From an uncultured Bacteroidaceae bacterium (GTDB lineage: Bacteria; Bacteroidota; Bacteroidia; Bacteroidales; Bacteroidaceae): a DNA stretch of 64,000 bases. The notes beneath the pieces are model-generated. The model worked only from the letters and a program-made list of their open reading frames with translations, searched no databases and had not been told where the DNA came from. Each line of letters opens with the position of its first letter. The stretch's first letter is position 1. Positions 1-10,208 of the stretch are shown here, one piece after another. The stretch lies in the NCBI GenBank assembly GCA_964452915.1, contig CAYVNW010000008.1:4425-68424 (forward strand). Direction: 5' to 3'. Both the position numbers and the translations under genes were made by a program.

Positions 1-153
1 GTATTTGCAAATAAATTTGCAGAAATGCAAAGTCTGAATAGATAATTAAAGCTTATTATATTGTAAAAGTAAATCAATAACTATTACAATCTCTTCTGAT
101 ATTTCAAACAGAGAAGATACACGTGGGGTTGACAAAGAGGTAGTAGATATGCA

Positions 154-179
154 GGCAGAGATACTCCTGTGTCTCTGCC
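154..179 (-). terminator. stem-loop just downstream of the ABC-F stop codon (possible terminator)
   Basis: GGCAGAGA..TCTCTGCC perfect 8-bp stem lies 7 nt past the stop at 186-188. No clear U-tract on the - strand. Confidence 0.35.
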
Positions 180-185
180 GCCCTA

Positions 186-1976
<1,791 letters not shown>

Positions 1977-2055
1977 CTATGCCGTGACGCAGCCCGTTTA
2001 CGGGTGAAACCATTAAAAATAAATGGATTTATTTTGTACTGTGTTCGATTTGCAC

Positions 2056-2063
2056 TATATTTG
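2056..2063 (+). promoter_or_regulatory. Bacteroidetes -7 promoter box TAnnTTTG (TATATTTG)
   Basis: Exact match 13 nt upstream of ATG 2077, implying a very short leader. Confidence 0.6.
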
Positions 2064-2076
2064 CAAAAAGAAAAAG

Positions 2077-2760
2077 ATGAAAGAAACAATAGCATTTCTC
2101 AAGGATTTGAGTAATCATAACGACCGTGAGTGGTTTAATGCTAATAAGGATAGATACTTAAAGGCGCAGGCTGAGTTCAACGATGTGGTGGAACAGGTGA
2201 TATTTGGTGTTTCACAGTTCGACCCGACTGTGGCGGGACTGACGGCAAAGGACTGTACGTACCGCATATACCGCGACTTGCGGTTCACAAAAGATAAATC
2301 GCCCTACAAGACACACCTTGGGGCATACATCTGCCGCGGAGGTAAGAAGTCGGGCTACTCAGGCTATTATTTCCACGTAGGAGTCGGGGGTAAGGGCTAT
2401 CCCAATGCTCACATGATTGCTGTTGGCGACTATTGTGCTGATCCGAAAGTACTGAAAATCCTGCGTGAGGATATATGTTACGGCGGAGGAGACTTCGACG
2501 ACATCATAAAACATAAAGTGTCGCCTTTGTTTCACCTGGATGAAGATAACGCAACGAAGCGGGTTCCGGCCGGATTTCCGGCAGACTCTCCGTATGCAGA
2601 ATACTTGAAACTAAAGTACTTCTGTTTGTTTTATGAACCGGACAACAAATTCATGACATCGAAAGAACTGCCGCAGAACATCGCAGAGCTCTGCCGGACC
2701 ACCTACCCGTTCCTGCAATACATCAACCGTGCAATAGATTATTTAAAAGAAAGTAAATAA
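2077..2760 (+). CDS. DUF2461 / TIGR02453-family protein
   Basis: FLKDLSNHNDREWFNANKDRY at the N-terminus and YRIYRDLRFTKDKSPYKTH fit my recollection of the family signature. Start set at MKETIAF, downstream of the promoter box. Confidence 0.7.
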   Translation: MKETIAFLKDLSNHNDREWFNANKDRYLKAQAEFNDVVEQVIFGVSQFDPTVAGLTAKDCTYRIYRDLRFTKDKSPYKTHLGAYICRGGKKSGYSGYYFHVGVGGKGYPNAHMIAVGDYCADPKVLKILREDICYGGGDFDDIIKHKVSPLFHLDEDNATKRVPAGFPADSPYAEYLKLKYFCLFYEPDNKFMTSKELPQNIAELCRTTYPFLQYINRAIDYLKESK

Positions 2761-2779
2761 CGGAATAACAACTTATTTT

Positions 2780-3370
2780 ATGCGAACAAATATCACTACC
2801 CTATTTACCTCACTGATGGCTATTATGCTGCTTTCGTGCACAGGCACGGCTCCACAACCGATCGAGGCGGACGAAAGTTCCGACACTGAGACCTTTGCCA
2901 TCACGACATCGGACAAAAGTAACATGCAATTTGCAAATAAGGAGGTGAGCGAGATAGGACTTGTATTCAAAGACAAGCAACTGATGATTCACTTCACCCT
3001 TGTGGCACAAACCGGCGAGGGCAACAAATACGATACTACTATCCGTACGTGGGAGACAGAAAAAGACGGCAGTATAAAAAGTCGGGCTATAGCAAAAGGA
3101 ACGGAAATGACAGACAGCACGACGCACAAGAGCAAATTCGTATTCAAAGAATTGCCGAAAGCATTATTGCTGGCCGACTTCTACCGCCTGCAGCCGAGCG
3201 CAGCTCCTCAGTTCAGCTATGTGTCGGACAAAAACCGTCATGATCATAAGTATCTATACATGATACGCACAAATGACTTCACTAACATCCTTAAGCATAC
3301 TCTCAAATCAGAACGCTACAAAACTCTGCGTGAGTTTATTGATGGGTACGTACGAAAGGTTGACAACTGA
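2780..3370 (+). CDS. hypothetical lipoprotein
   Basis: Signal peptide with lipobox (MRTNITTLFTSLMAIMLLSC). No domain recognised. Confidence 0.6.
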   Translation: MRTNITTLFTSLMAIMLLSCTGTAPQPIEADESSDTETFAITTSDKSNMQFANKEVSEIGLVFKDKQLMIHFTLVAQTGEGNKYDTTIRTWETEKDGSIKSRAIAKGTEMTDSTTHKSKFVFKELPKALLLADFYRLQPSAAPQFSYVSDKNRHDHKYLYMIRTNDFTNILKHTLKSERYKTLREFIDGYVRKVDN

Positions 3371-3391
3371 CAGAACATTCTACATTAATAA

Positions 3392-3420
3392 AAAAGGAGG
3401 CTAAAAACAGCCTCCTTTTA
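3392..3420. terminator. bidirectional intrinsic terminator between convergent genes
   Basis: AGGAGGCT-AAAAAC-AGCCTCCT perfect stem, extended by A/T pairs. A-run upstream and T-run downstream. Sits between the stops at 3370 (+) and 3439 (-). Confidence 0.8.
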
Positions 3421-3438
3421 TTTATCTGACAGTTTCTG

Positions 3439-3816
3439 TCACTTGTTTTTCCAAAGTCCGTGCAAGTTACAATATTCACGGGCATAAACATCAGTAGCAT
3501 CAGTCTTAAACTCTGCCACAGGTTTTTCTGCCGGATTAAGGTACTGGCGATAGACTTTGTCGGGTGTAACAAGTTCGATCCATTGGATGTAGTGGTTGTC
3601 GAGCATAGGATGCTCCACTTCTCCAACCTCCACACGGTAACCACCGTCAATCTTAGTGACAACGGGCACGTGCTTCTCTTTGGCACCATCAGTATCATTC
3701 TCTTTCATCAGTTGCATTGGCTGACCACAGCATGAAAGAGTGCCGCCTGCCGCTCCGACAACCTCGACGATGTTGCCACAAACCTTGCATTTATAAATCT
3801 CGTTTGTCTTTGTCAT
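3439..3816 (-). CDS. dfx: desulfoferrodoxin (2Fe superoxide reductase)
   Basis: N-terminal desulforedoxin motif YKCKVCGN..LSCCGQPM plus a C-terminal SOR domain (EKHVPV, EHPM, EYCNLHGLW). Start set at ATG 3816 (MTKTNEIYKC). Confidence 0.9.
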   Translation of the reverse strand: MTKTNEIYKCKVCGNIVEVVGAAGGTLSCCGQPMQLMKENDTDGAKEKHVPVVTKIDGGYRVEVGEVEHPMLDNHYIQWIELVTPDKVYRQYLNPAEKPVAEFKTDATDVYAREYCNLHGLWKNK

Positions 3817-3865
3817 AATCAGATTTTTTCTTTGTGTATATGGAAAGGATAAATATCTGCGACTT

Positions 3866-4195
3866 CTACTCAGAGAGAAGCGTGCGACGGACCATATCCT
3901 CAACCAGAGGCTTAGGCTGTGCCCCTACCATACGGGTGATGGTACCATCCTTCCGTATAAAGAAAAGCGTAGGCACAGACTGTATGCCACATGTTGCGGC
4001 AAAACCCTGGTTACGGTCAATGTCAACCTTCACTACGCTCAACTTGTCCTTGTATTCGCGTGCAATTTCCTCAACTATCGGCGAGAGATACTTACACGGA
4101 CCACACCACGTGGCATAGAAGTCCATAATGACGGGTTTATCACCGGTGAAAGTCCAACCCTTCAAGTTGCGAGTCAGGTCTTTTATGTTTTCCAT
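3866..4195 (-). CDS. thioredoxin
   Basis: 109 aa with the WCGPC active site. Confidence 0.9.
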   Translation of the reverse strand: MENIKDLTRNLKGWTFTGDKPVIMDFYATWCGPCKYLSPIVEEIAREYKDKLSVVKVDIDRNQGFAATCGIQSVPTLFFIRKDGTITRMVGAQPKPLVEDMVRRTLLSE

Positions 4196-4244
4196 ATCAA
4201 CTAATGTTTAATAATTATCGCCTCCCGCATAAGGGAGTAACGTA

Positions 4245-4787
4245 TCAGAAGTTGTCGACATGCACCTCGAAGTAAGCCTGAGGATGAGCACATACAGGAC
4301 AAACTTCAGGAGCCTTCTCCCCTACTACAATGTGTCCGCAGTTGCGGCATTCCCATACTTTTACCTCACTTTTGGCGAAGACTTCCTGCATCTCAACGTT
4401 CTTAAGCAACGCACGGTAGCGTTCCTCGTGACGTTTCTCAATGGCAGCGACAAGACGGAACTTTCTTGCCAACGCTTTGAAGCCCTCTTCCTCAGCTGTC
4501 TTTGCGAAACCTTCATACATGTCGGTCCACTCGTAGTTCTCACCATCAGCCGCAGCCGCAAGATTCTGGGCAGTGTCGCCAATGCCGTTGAGTTCCTTGA
4601 ACCACATCTTGGCATGTTCCTTCTCGTTATCAGCAGTCTTTAAGAATATTTCTGCGATTTGCTCAAATCCTTCCTTCTTTGCCTTTGAAGCAAAGTAAGT
4701 GTACTTGTTGCGTGCCTGGCTCTCTCCTGCAAAAGCAGCCTCAAGATTTTTTTCGGTCTGTGTACCTGAATACTTTGTTTTTGCCAT
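4245..4787 (-). CDS. rbr: rubrerythrin
   Basis: N-terminal ferritin-like diiron region ([27 protein letters not shown]) and C-terminal rubredoxin CRNCG..CPVCAHP. Confidence 0.92.
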   Translation of the reverse strand: MAKTKYSGTQTEKNLEAAFAGESQARNKYTYFASKAKKEGFEQIAEIFLKTADNEKEHAKMWFKELNGIGDTAQNLAAAADGENYEWTDMYEGFAKTAEEEGFKALARKFRLVAAIEKRHEERYRALLKNVEMQEVFAKSEVKVWECRNCGHIVVGEKAPEVCPVCAHPQAYFEVHVDNF

Positions 4788-4868
4788 AATAATATATCTT
4801 TAAGAGTTAATACTTCATTTATTATATTTCATCCGTTATATAAAAGGGCTTTCTTTCCTTTAGTGCTG

Positions 4869-4876
4869 CAAAGATA
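4869..4876 (-). promoter_or_regulatory. -7 promoter box TAnnTTTG (TATCTTTG)
   Basis: Exact match on the - strand, 81 nt upstream of the rbr ATG 4787. Confidence 0.6.
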
Positions 4877-5024
4877 TAAAACAAAAATTGAATTGGCAAT
4901 GTAATAAGCACTAAAAGATTTAAAAAAATCACTTATCACGCAGGAGTCCCATGACTATTCTCTCTTTTTTTCATCAAACGCACAAAAAAAACAAGTATCA
5001 TTCTCTCTTGTATTCGTTTTACAC

Positions 5025-5032
5025 TATCTTTG
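5025..5032 (+). promoter_or_regulatory. -7 promoter box TAnnTTTG (TATCTTTG)
   Basis: Exact match 146 nt upstream of ATG 5179, implying a long leader. Confidence 0.5.
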
Positions 5033-5178
5033 CAACCGGATAGCATTCATTGCAGGACACCACCCACACGTGCACGTTCCCTTTTTTATAACCTATATAA
5101 AATAAGGTGTAATGGATCCGCAATGTGACGCAAGGCGTTATTTCCTGTAATAGAAGCAAAATTGCAGTTTAAAAGATT

Positions 5179-5703
5179 ATGGACATCAGCATTCGAACAG
5201 CACGCCCCGACGATGCAAAGGCTATACTTGGGATTTACGCACCTTACATAGAGACAACCGCCATCACATTCGAGTACGACGTCCCGACGCCGGCTGAATT
5301 CAAGGCGCGAATTGTATCGACTCTTGAACGCTACCCCTATATTGTTGCCGAGGCAGATGGAACAATCGTAGGTTACGCTTATGCCGGAGCATTCAAGGAA
5401 CGTGCCGCGTACAGCCGTTCGGTCGAGACATCCATATACGTCAAGGAAGGACTTCACGGCGGAGGAATCGGGAAGGCGTTGTACTCAGAGTTGGAAAAGC
5501 GTCTGAAAGAAATGGGTATCCTCAATCTCAACGCATGTATATCATGGACCGACAAACCTAACCGATATCTCACACACCAAAGTCCATTGTTCCACGAGCA
5601 CCTGGGCTTCAAGCGATGCGCACATTTTCATAAGTGCGGTTACAAGTTCGGGCTTTGGTTTGACATGATTTGGATGGAAAAAATGATAGGCAAACACGAA
5701 TAA
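5179..5703 (+). CDS. GNAT family N-acetyltransferase (phosphinothricin-acetyltransferase-like)
   Basis: 174 aa. IRTARPDDAKAILGIYAPYIETTAITFE and GGGIGKALYSELE (acetyl-CoA binding Q/RxxGxG/A-like motif). Confidence 0.8.
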   Translation: MDISIRTARPDDAKAILGIYAPYIETTAITFEYDVPTPAEFKARIVSTLERYPYIVAEADGTIVGYAYAGAFKERAAYSRSVETSIYVKEGLHGGGIGKALYSELEKRLKEMGILNLNACISWTDKPNRYLTHQSPLFHEHLGFKRCAHFHKCGYKFGLWFDMIWMEKMIGKHE

Positions 5704-5738
5704 GTCAAATCAAAGTTGGCGCATTCATTAAATTGCAC

Positions 5739-5746
5739 TATCTTTG
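5739..5746 (+). promoter_or_regulatory. -7 promoter box TAnnTTTG (TATCTTTG)
   Basis: Exact match 45 nt upstream of ATG 5792. It lies inside the longer ORF-track call that starts at 5744. Confidence 0.6.
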
Positions 5747-5791
5747 TCCGTAAATTACGAATCAAGAAATATACTAATAACTTCGATAACA

Positions 5792-7993
5792 ATGAAAAAG
5801 AAAATCACGCTCGTGCTAACGGTACTTACAGTACTGACGATGAATATTGTATGTGCGACCGCGCAGAAATCCATGTATATACCATTGGAATGGCGCAACC
5901 GTACAGACACTCTTATTTGGTCGGAGACCGATACGGAAAACAAGTACACATGGTCGAAATCAAGGTCGGTGGAATCCGACAACGTAATAGTTTTGTGGGA
6001 CAACGGCTATGGAAGCACAAATCCGAAGAACGCTCCGAATGCTTATAGGGTGGACGTCGATGATCTGCTTGAAAAAGCCGAGGCATTCTATCAACTCGAA
6101 TGCAGCAAACTCGGGTTTGTAGATCCTGAGAAATCTAATATTAGCAAATACAAAGTCATGGTGTTGTTGAACCACAGCACAGGATGGATTTGTTATGGTG
6201 GTGGCTACGACTTCCAAGTCCCTGCATTATGGCTGTCGCCAAGCACATGCAAGCCCGTAGGAAGCGCTGTGGCCCACGAAGTAGGTCACTCGTTCCACTA
6301 CATGTGCTATGCTGAGGATTCCAATCACGGAGCCTTGTCGAACGTGCAGACTGGTTTCCACGGAGCGGTTGGAAGCGGTGCAACCATTTGGGAGACAACA
6401 GCCAACTGGCAGTCGCTGCAGTCATACCCTGACGAAATCATGACCATGAGCTATCACCACACCATCTTCAACATGACTCACAACTACGCCTTCACACACG
6501 AATGGCAACGTTACCAGGCATACATGTTCCTTGTGTATTTGTGCGAGCATTATGATGACATACAGACAGTGGCTAACGTATGGAACTATCATGAAACTAC
6601 GGTAAAGGACTTCAACCAAGTATTGATGGACTATAAAGGACTCACAGCATCCGAGTTGTACAAGCTGCACTTCGACTTTGCCATGCACGCCGTCACATGG
6701 GACCTTGAGGCTTGCAGAGAGCACGGAGGCAGCAACTACATAGGCAACTTCAAGTACAACTGCGTCAACGTAGGCGACCATGCCTACCAAGTTGCTTTGT
6801 CAAGTTGTCCGCAAGCTTCCGGATTCAACGTCATACCATTACAAGTACCAACGGCCGGAACAGAAGTCAAGGTAGACTTCACGGCACTTGCAAACGGCGC
6901 AGCACTTGCAAACGGTGACCCTGGTGAATATGTTGATGGCAACTCACAATATGTGGCATCGGGACTTTCCAATTATAACCGCGTAACATCCAACGCATCA
7001 CAGCGTGCATTCCGCCTTGGATTCGTGTGCCTCATGAAAGACGGCTCACGCCAATATTTCACCCAAGACACCATATATTGTACAGGATCAGTAAAGAAGA
7101 CAGCGCAAACAGGATTCACCGTACCTGCCAACGTAGACCGTATGTGGATGGTAGTATCCCCTACTCCAAAACGCTATTTCCAACATCGTTGGGACGACAA
7201 CATTGAGAATGACGATATGTGGCCATATCAAGTACAGTTCAGCGGAACAGACTTAAGTAGTAACACTACTGTATACTACCCGTCAGAGATCGACGGGCGC
7301 AAGGTCGGCAACATAACATTTACCTACGACGTATACATGCCGGCCCGCTCGTCATACGACGCCGTCACAGTAGCTGTAGGCGGCAAAGAACTTGCCTCGC
7401 TGAACACAGCATTCCAACTCCAGACAAGTGACATCACCGGCAATGTGGTCAGTTACAGCGCGAGTGGACCAGCCACAGGCAAGGTGATGTTCTATGCGGC
7501 AAAGTCCGACGGAACATTGATAAACAGCGGCAGCACAGCTAACGGCTATGGCCACTGGTTTAACGCAAGCGGCAACGTAGTAAGCTACAGCAACTCACCA
7601 TACTTGTATTCCGAATTCACCCCTTCAATTTTCACATTCTATATAGGCCAATATCCAAACCGGTGTTCAAACGGCAGGAACTACACCATAGCGCAGGCTT
7701 TGCGGTACAAACAAAGTAGTACCGACGAGGCTAAAGCTGTATTTGTGTTCAACGTGCACATCAACAGCAACCGCACTGGTTATGAACTGGCAAGCATCAA
7801 CTACGACGACCCGACAAGACTTCCGCAGGACGTGGACGGAAACGGGTCTGTAGACACACTGGATGTTCTGCAAATATATGAATATATACGCACGGGAACC
7901 GAAACAGCATCGCCGGTGGAGGATGTCAATGGCAACGGCAAAGTGGATACCCAGGACGTACTGGAAGTTTATCAATACATACAAAACAACTAA
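5792..7993 (+). CDS. secreted putative zinc metallopeptidase (HExxH) with C-terminal dockerin-like repeats
   Basis: Signal peptide MKKKITLVLTVLTVLTMNIVCATAQ; VAHEVGHSFH motif. The C-terminus carries two EF-hand-like repeats, DVDGNGSVDTLDVLQIYEYI and DVNGNGKVDTQDVLEVYQYI. Confidence 0.7.
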   Translation: MKKKITLVLTVLTVLTMNIVCATAQKSMYIPLEWRNRTDTLIWSETDTENKYTWSKSRSVESDNVIVLWDNGYGSTNPKNAPNAYRVDVDDLLEKAEAFYQLECSKLGFVDPEKSNISKYKVMVLLNHSTGWICYGGGYDFQVPALWLSPSTCKPVGSAVAHEVGHSFHYMCYAEDSNHGALSNVQTGFHGAVGSGATIWETTANWQSLQSYPDEIMTMSYHHTIFNMTHNYAFTHEWQRYQAYMFLVYLCEHYDDIQTVANVWNYHETTVKDFNQVLMDYKGLTASELYKLHFDFAMHAVTWDLEACREHGGSNYIGNFKYNCVNVGDHAYQVALSSCPQASGFNVIPLQVPTAGTEVKVDFTALANGAALANGDPGEYVDGNSQYVASGLSNYNRVTSNASQRAFRLGFVCLMKDGSRQYFTQDTIYCTGSVKKTAQTGFTVPANVDRMWMVVSPTPKRYFQHRWDDNIENDDMWPYQVQFSGTDLSSNTTVYYPSEIDGRKVGNITFTYDVYMPARSSYDAVTVAVGGKELASLNTAFQLQTSDITGNVVSYSASGPATGKVMFYAAKSDGTLINSGSTANGYGHWFNASGNVVSYSNSPYLYSEFTPSIFTFYIGQYPNRCSNGRNYTIAQALRYKQSSTDEAKAVFVFNVHINSNRTGYELASINYDDPTRLPQDVDGNGSVDTLDVLQIYEYIRTGTETASPVEDVNGNGKVDTQDVLEVYQYIQNN
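6884..6915 (+). repeat. in-frame tandem duplication, period 18 nt
   Basis: GCACTTGCAAACGG occurs at 6884-6897 and again at 6902-6915, encoding ALANGAALANG. Confidence 0.7.
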
Positions 7994-7999
7994 CAAAAC

Positions 8000-8566
8000 A
8001 TGAAAAAGCTATTTTTATTACTTGCCATACTGCCAACATTGGTAGCATGCGCACAAAACGAGAAAAAAGCAAACAAGGACCAAACTATGGGAACAAGTAA
8101 GACATTAGTCGCATATTTCAGTGCGACAGGTACGACAGAGGCAGTAGCCAAGAAACTAGCCAAAACCGCTGACGCTACCATTTATGAAATCAAACCAGAG
8201 AAAAAGTACACTACAGCCGACCTTGACTGGACAGACAAACAGTCGCGTTCAACACTGGAAATGAAAGACAAGAACAGCCGTCCTGCCATTGTGAAAGACC
8301 TGAAAGATGTGGACAACTACACGACAGTCTACATCGGATTCCCTATATGGTGGTACACCGCTCCGACTATCATCAACACATTCATTGAAAGCTACAATCT
8401 GAAAGGAAAGACCATTGTGTTGTTTGCCACTTCAGGCGGAAGCAACGCAGACAAAGCACTTAAGGACTTGAAGACCACATATCCGGAACTGAACTTCAAG
8501 GCTGCAAAACTTCTCAACTCCGCAAGCGAGTCATCACTTAAAGAATGGGTTGAGACATTCAAATAA
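8000..8566 (+). CDS. flavodoxin-family protein with lipoprotein signal peptide
   Basis: MKKLFLLLAILPTLVAC lipobox, then a flavodoxin FMN-binding N-terminus (LVAYFSATGTTEAVAKKLA) and FPIWWYTAP. Begins 6 nt after the upstream stop. Confidence 0.8.
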   Translation: MKKLFLLLAILPTLVACAQNEKKANKDQTMGTSKTLVAYFSATGTTEAVAKKLAKTADATIYEIKPEKKYTTADLDWTDKQSRSTLEMKDKNSRPAIVKDLKDVDNYTTVYIGFPIWWYTAPTIINTFIESYNLKGKTIVLFATSGGSNADKALKDLKTTYPELNFKAAKLLNSASESSLKEWVETFK

Positions 8567-8607
8567 GTCACAAGACATTCGAAAACAACACAACAAATTA
8601 AATTCGG

Positions 8608-8641
8608 CACGGCACTGTACTTGTACATGCCGTGTATTTTT
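8608..8641 (+). terminator. intrinsic terminator after the flavodoxin gene
   Basis: CACGGCA(C)TGTAC-TT-GTACATGCCGTG hairpin followed by TATTTTT. Confidence 0.8.
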
Positions 8642-8706
8642 ATATATCTTTTAAGCCAGAATGAAAAATAACGGACGAAGGCAATTGTCTAATGAGAATT
8701 TATATG

Positions 8707-8714
8707 TATCTTTG
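8707..8714 (+). promoter_or_regulatory. -7 promoter box TAnnTTTG (TATCTTTG)
   Basis: Exact match 82 nt upstream of ATG 8797. Confidence 0.6.
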
Positions 8715-8796
8715 CAGAAATAAAAATGCAGTCAATCAAACATAAAATCATAATAATAACGAAGGCTGTGTCTTCATAATGTAATTGTACAAGATC

Positions 8797-9978
8797 ATGA
8801 CAGAATTAGAACTTAAATACGGCTGTAATCCGAATCAGAAACCATCAAGAGTTTATATGGAGAAAGGAGAACTGCCTTTCGAGGTGTTGTGCGGACGTCC
8901 TGGATACATCAATTTGTTGGACGCATTCAACAGTTGGCAACTTGTGCGCGAACTGCGTGCTGCCACCGGGCTCCCTGCTGCAGCGTCTTTTAAACATGTC
9001 AGCCCTGCGGGAGCAGCAGTTGGAATTCCTCTAAGTGATACTCTGAAAAAGATATATTTTGTTGATGACATCACAGAGCCACTTACTCCTATAGCAACGG
9101 CTTACGCAAGAGCCAGAGGTGCCGACCGCATGTCGAGCTTCGGAGACTTCATAGCCCTTAGCGACACTTGCGACAAAGCAACTGCCCTACTGATAAAGCG
9201 GGAAGTAAGCGACGGCATTATTGCTCCCGACTACACACCCGAAGCCCTTGAAATACTGAAATCAAAGCGCAAGGGAACTTACTGCATCATCAAAATGTCG
9301 ACCGACTACAATCCTGCACCGATTGAACACAAACAGGTATTCGGAATCACTTTCGAACAGAAGAGGAACGACATAAACCTCGCTGACGACTCAATATTCA
9401 ACAATGTTCCTACAGCGAACAAGAACTTGACAGAAGATGCAAAACGGGATCTCAAAATTGCATTGATAACTCTCAAGTACACTCAAAGTAACTCCGTTTG
9501 TTACGTTAAGGACGGACAAGCAATAGGTATCGGTGCAGGGCAACAAAGCCGTATCCACTGCACACGGCTGGCCGGCAACAAGGCTGACCTCTGGTGGTTG
9601 CGCCAGTACCCGAAGGTGATGGCACTCCCATTCATACCAGACATACACAGAGCTGACAGAGACAACACTATCGATGTCTACATGGGCGATGAATATGAGG
9701 ACGTTCTTGCTGACGGTGTATGGCAAAACTTCTTTACTGAAAGACCCGAACCTCTCACACGCGAGGAGAAAAAAGCATGGTTGGCAAAAAACACGAAAGT
9801 GGCTCTCGGCAGCGACGCTTTCTTCCCGTTTGGAGATAACATAGAACGGGCACACAAAAGCGGCGTAGAGTATATTGCTCAAGCAGGCGGTTCTGTCCGC
9901 GATGACAATGTAATTGCCACATGCGACAAATATGGCATAGCAATGGCATTCACAGGAATTAGATTGTTCCATCACTAA
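8797..9978 (+). CDS. AICAR formyltransferase-domain protein (PurH C-terminal-domain-like, no IMP cyclohydrolase domain)
   Basis: LKYGCNPNQ near the N-terminus; the C-terminus GSDAFFPFGDNIERA..GVEYIAQAGGSVRDDNVI..FTGIRLFHH matches the PurH AICARFT end. ATG 8797 preferred over TTG 8785. Confidence 0.8.
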   Translation: MTELELKYGCNPNQKPSRVYMEKGELPFEVLCGRPGYINLLDAFNSWQLVRELRAATGLPAAASFKHVSPAGAAVGIPLSDTLKKIYFVDDITEPLTPIATAYARARGADRMSSFGDFIALSDTCDKATALLIKREVSDGIIAPDYTPEALEILKSKRKGTYCIIKMSTDYNPAPIEHKQVFGITFEQKRNDINLADDSIFNNVPTANKNLTEDAKRDLKIALITLKYTQSNSVCYVKDGQAIGIGAGQQSRIHCTRLAGNKADLWWLRQYPKVMALPFIPDIHRADRDNTIDVYMGDEYEDVLADGVWQNFFTERPEPLTREEKKAWLAKNTKVALGSDAFFPFGDNIERAHKSGVEYIAQAGGSVRDDNVIATCDKYGIAMAFTGIRLFHH

Positions 9979-9989
9979 TCACTCCGCTC

Positions 9990-10190
9990 ATGGCATCAGA
10001 CGAGGAAATCATGTACGCCATGATGAATGGCATCAACTTCGACAACAAGAAGGAAGGCAAGGCTGACAAGGTGAGAACCAAAGCCAAAATCAAACAATAC
10101 AAAACCGGCGCACACAGCTCAGGAGCTGCTAAACACAAGGCAGAAATTAAACAACGGGTGAGATCAAGGAAAACCCAAAGGAAAAAGTAA
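9990..10190 (+). CDS. small lysine/arginine-rich hypothetical protein (66 aa)
   Basis: ATG-initiated ORF that fills an otherwise promoterless 230-nt gap between two co-oriented genes. No family recognised. Confidence 0.35.
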   Translation: MASDEEIMYAMMNGINFDNKKEGKADKVRTKAKIKQYKTGAHSSGAAKHKAEIKQRVRSRKTQRKK

Positions 10191-10208
10191 CGAAAGGATG
10201 CAAACGAT

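Noticed and set aside
12-19. TAAATTTG promoter-like box at the left edge, pointing towards the 3' end of the ABC-F gene
   Set aside because: The window truncates the context, no + strand gene follows, and the only downstream hairpin (154-179) lacks a U-tract. The evidence is insufficient for an sRNA call.
4196-4244. CTCCC-GCATAA-GGGAG hairpin between the rubrerythrin and thioredoxin genes as a terminator
   Set aside because: It has only a 5-bp stem and no U-tract on the - strand. It is compatible with read-through in a three-gene operon.
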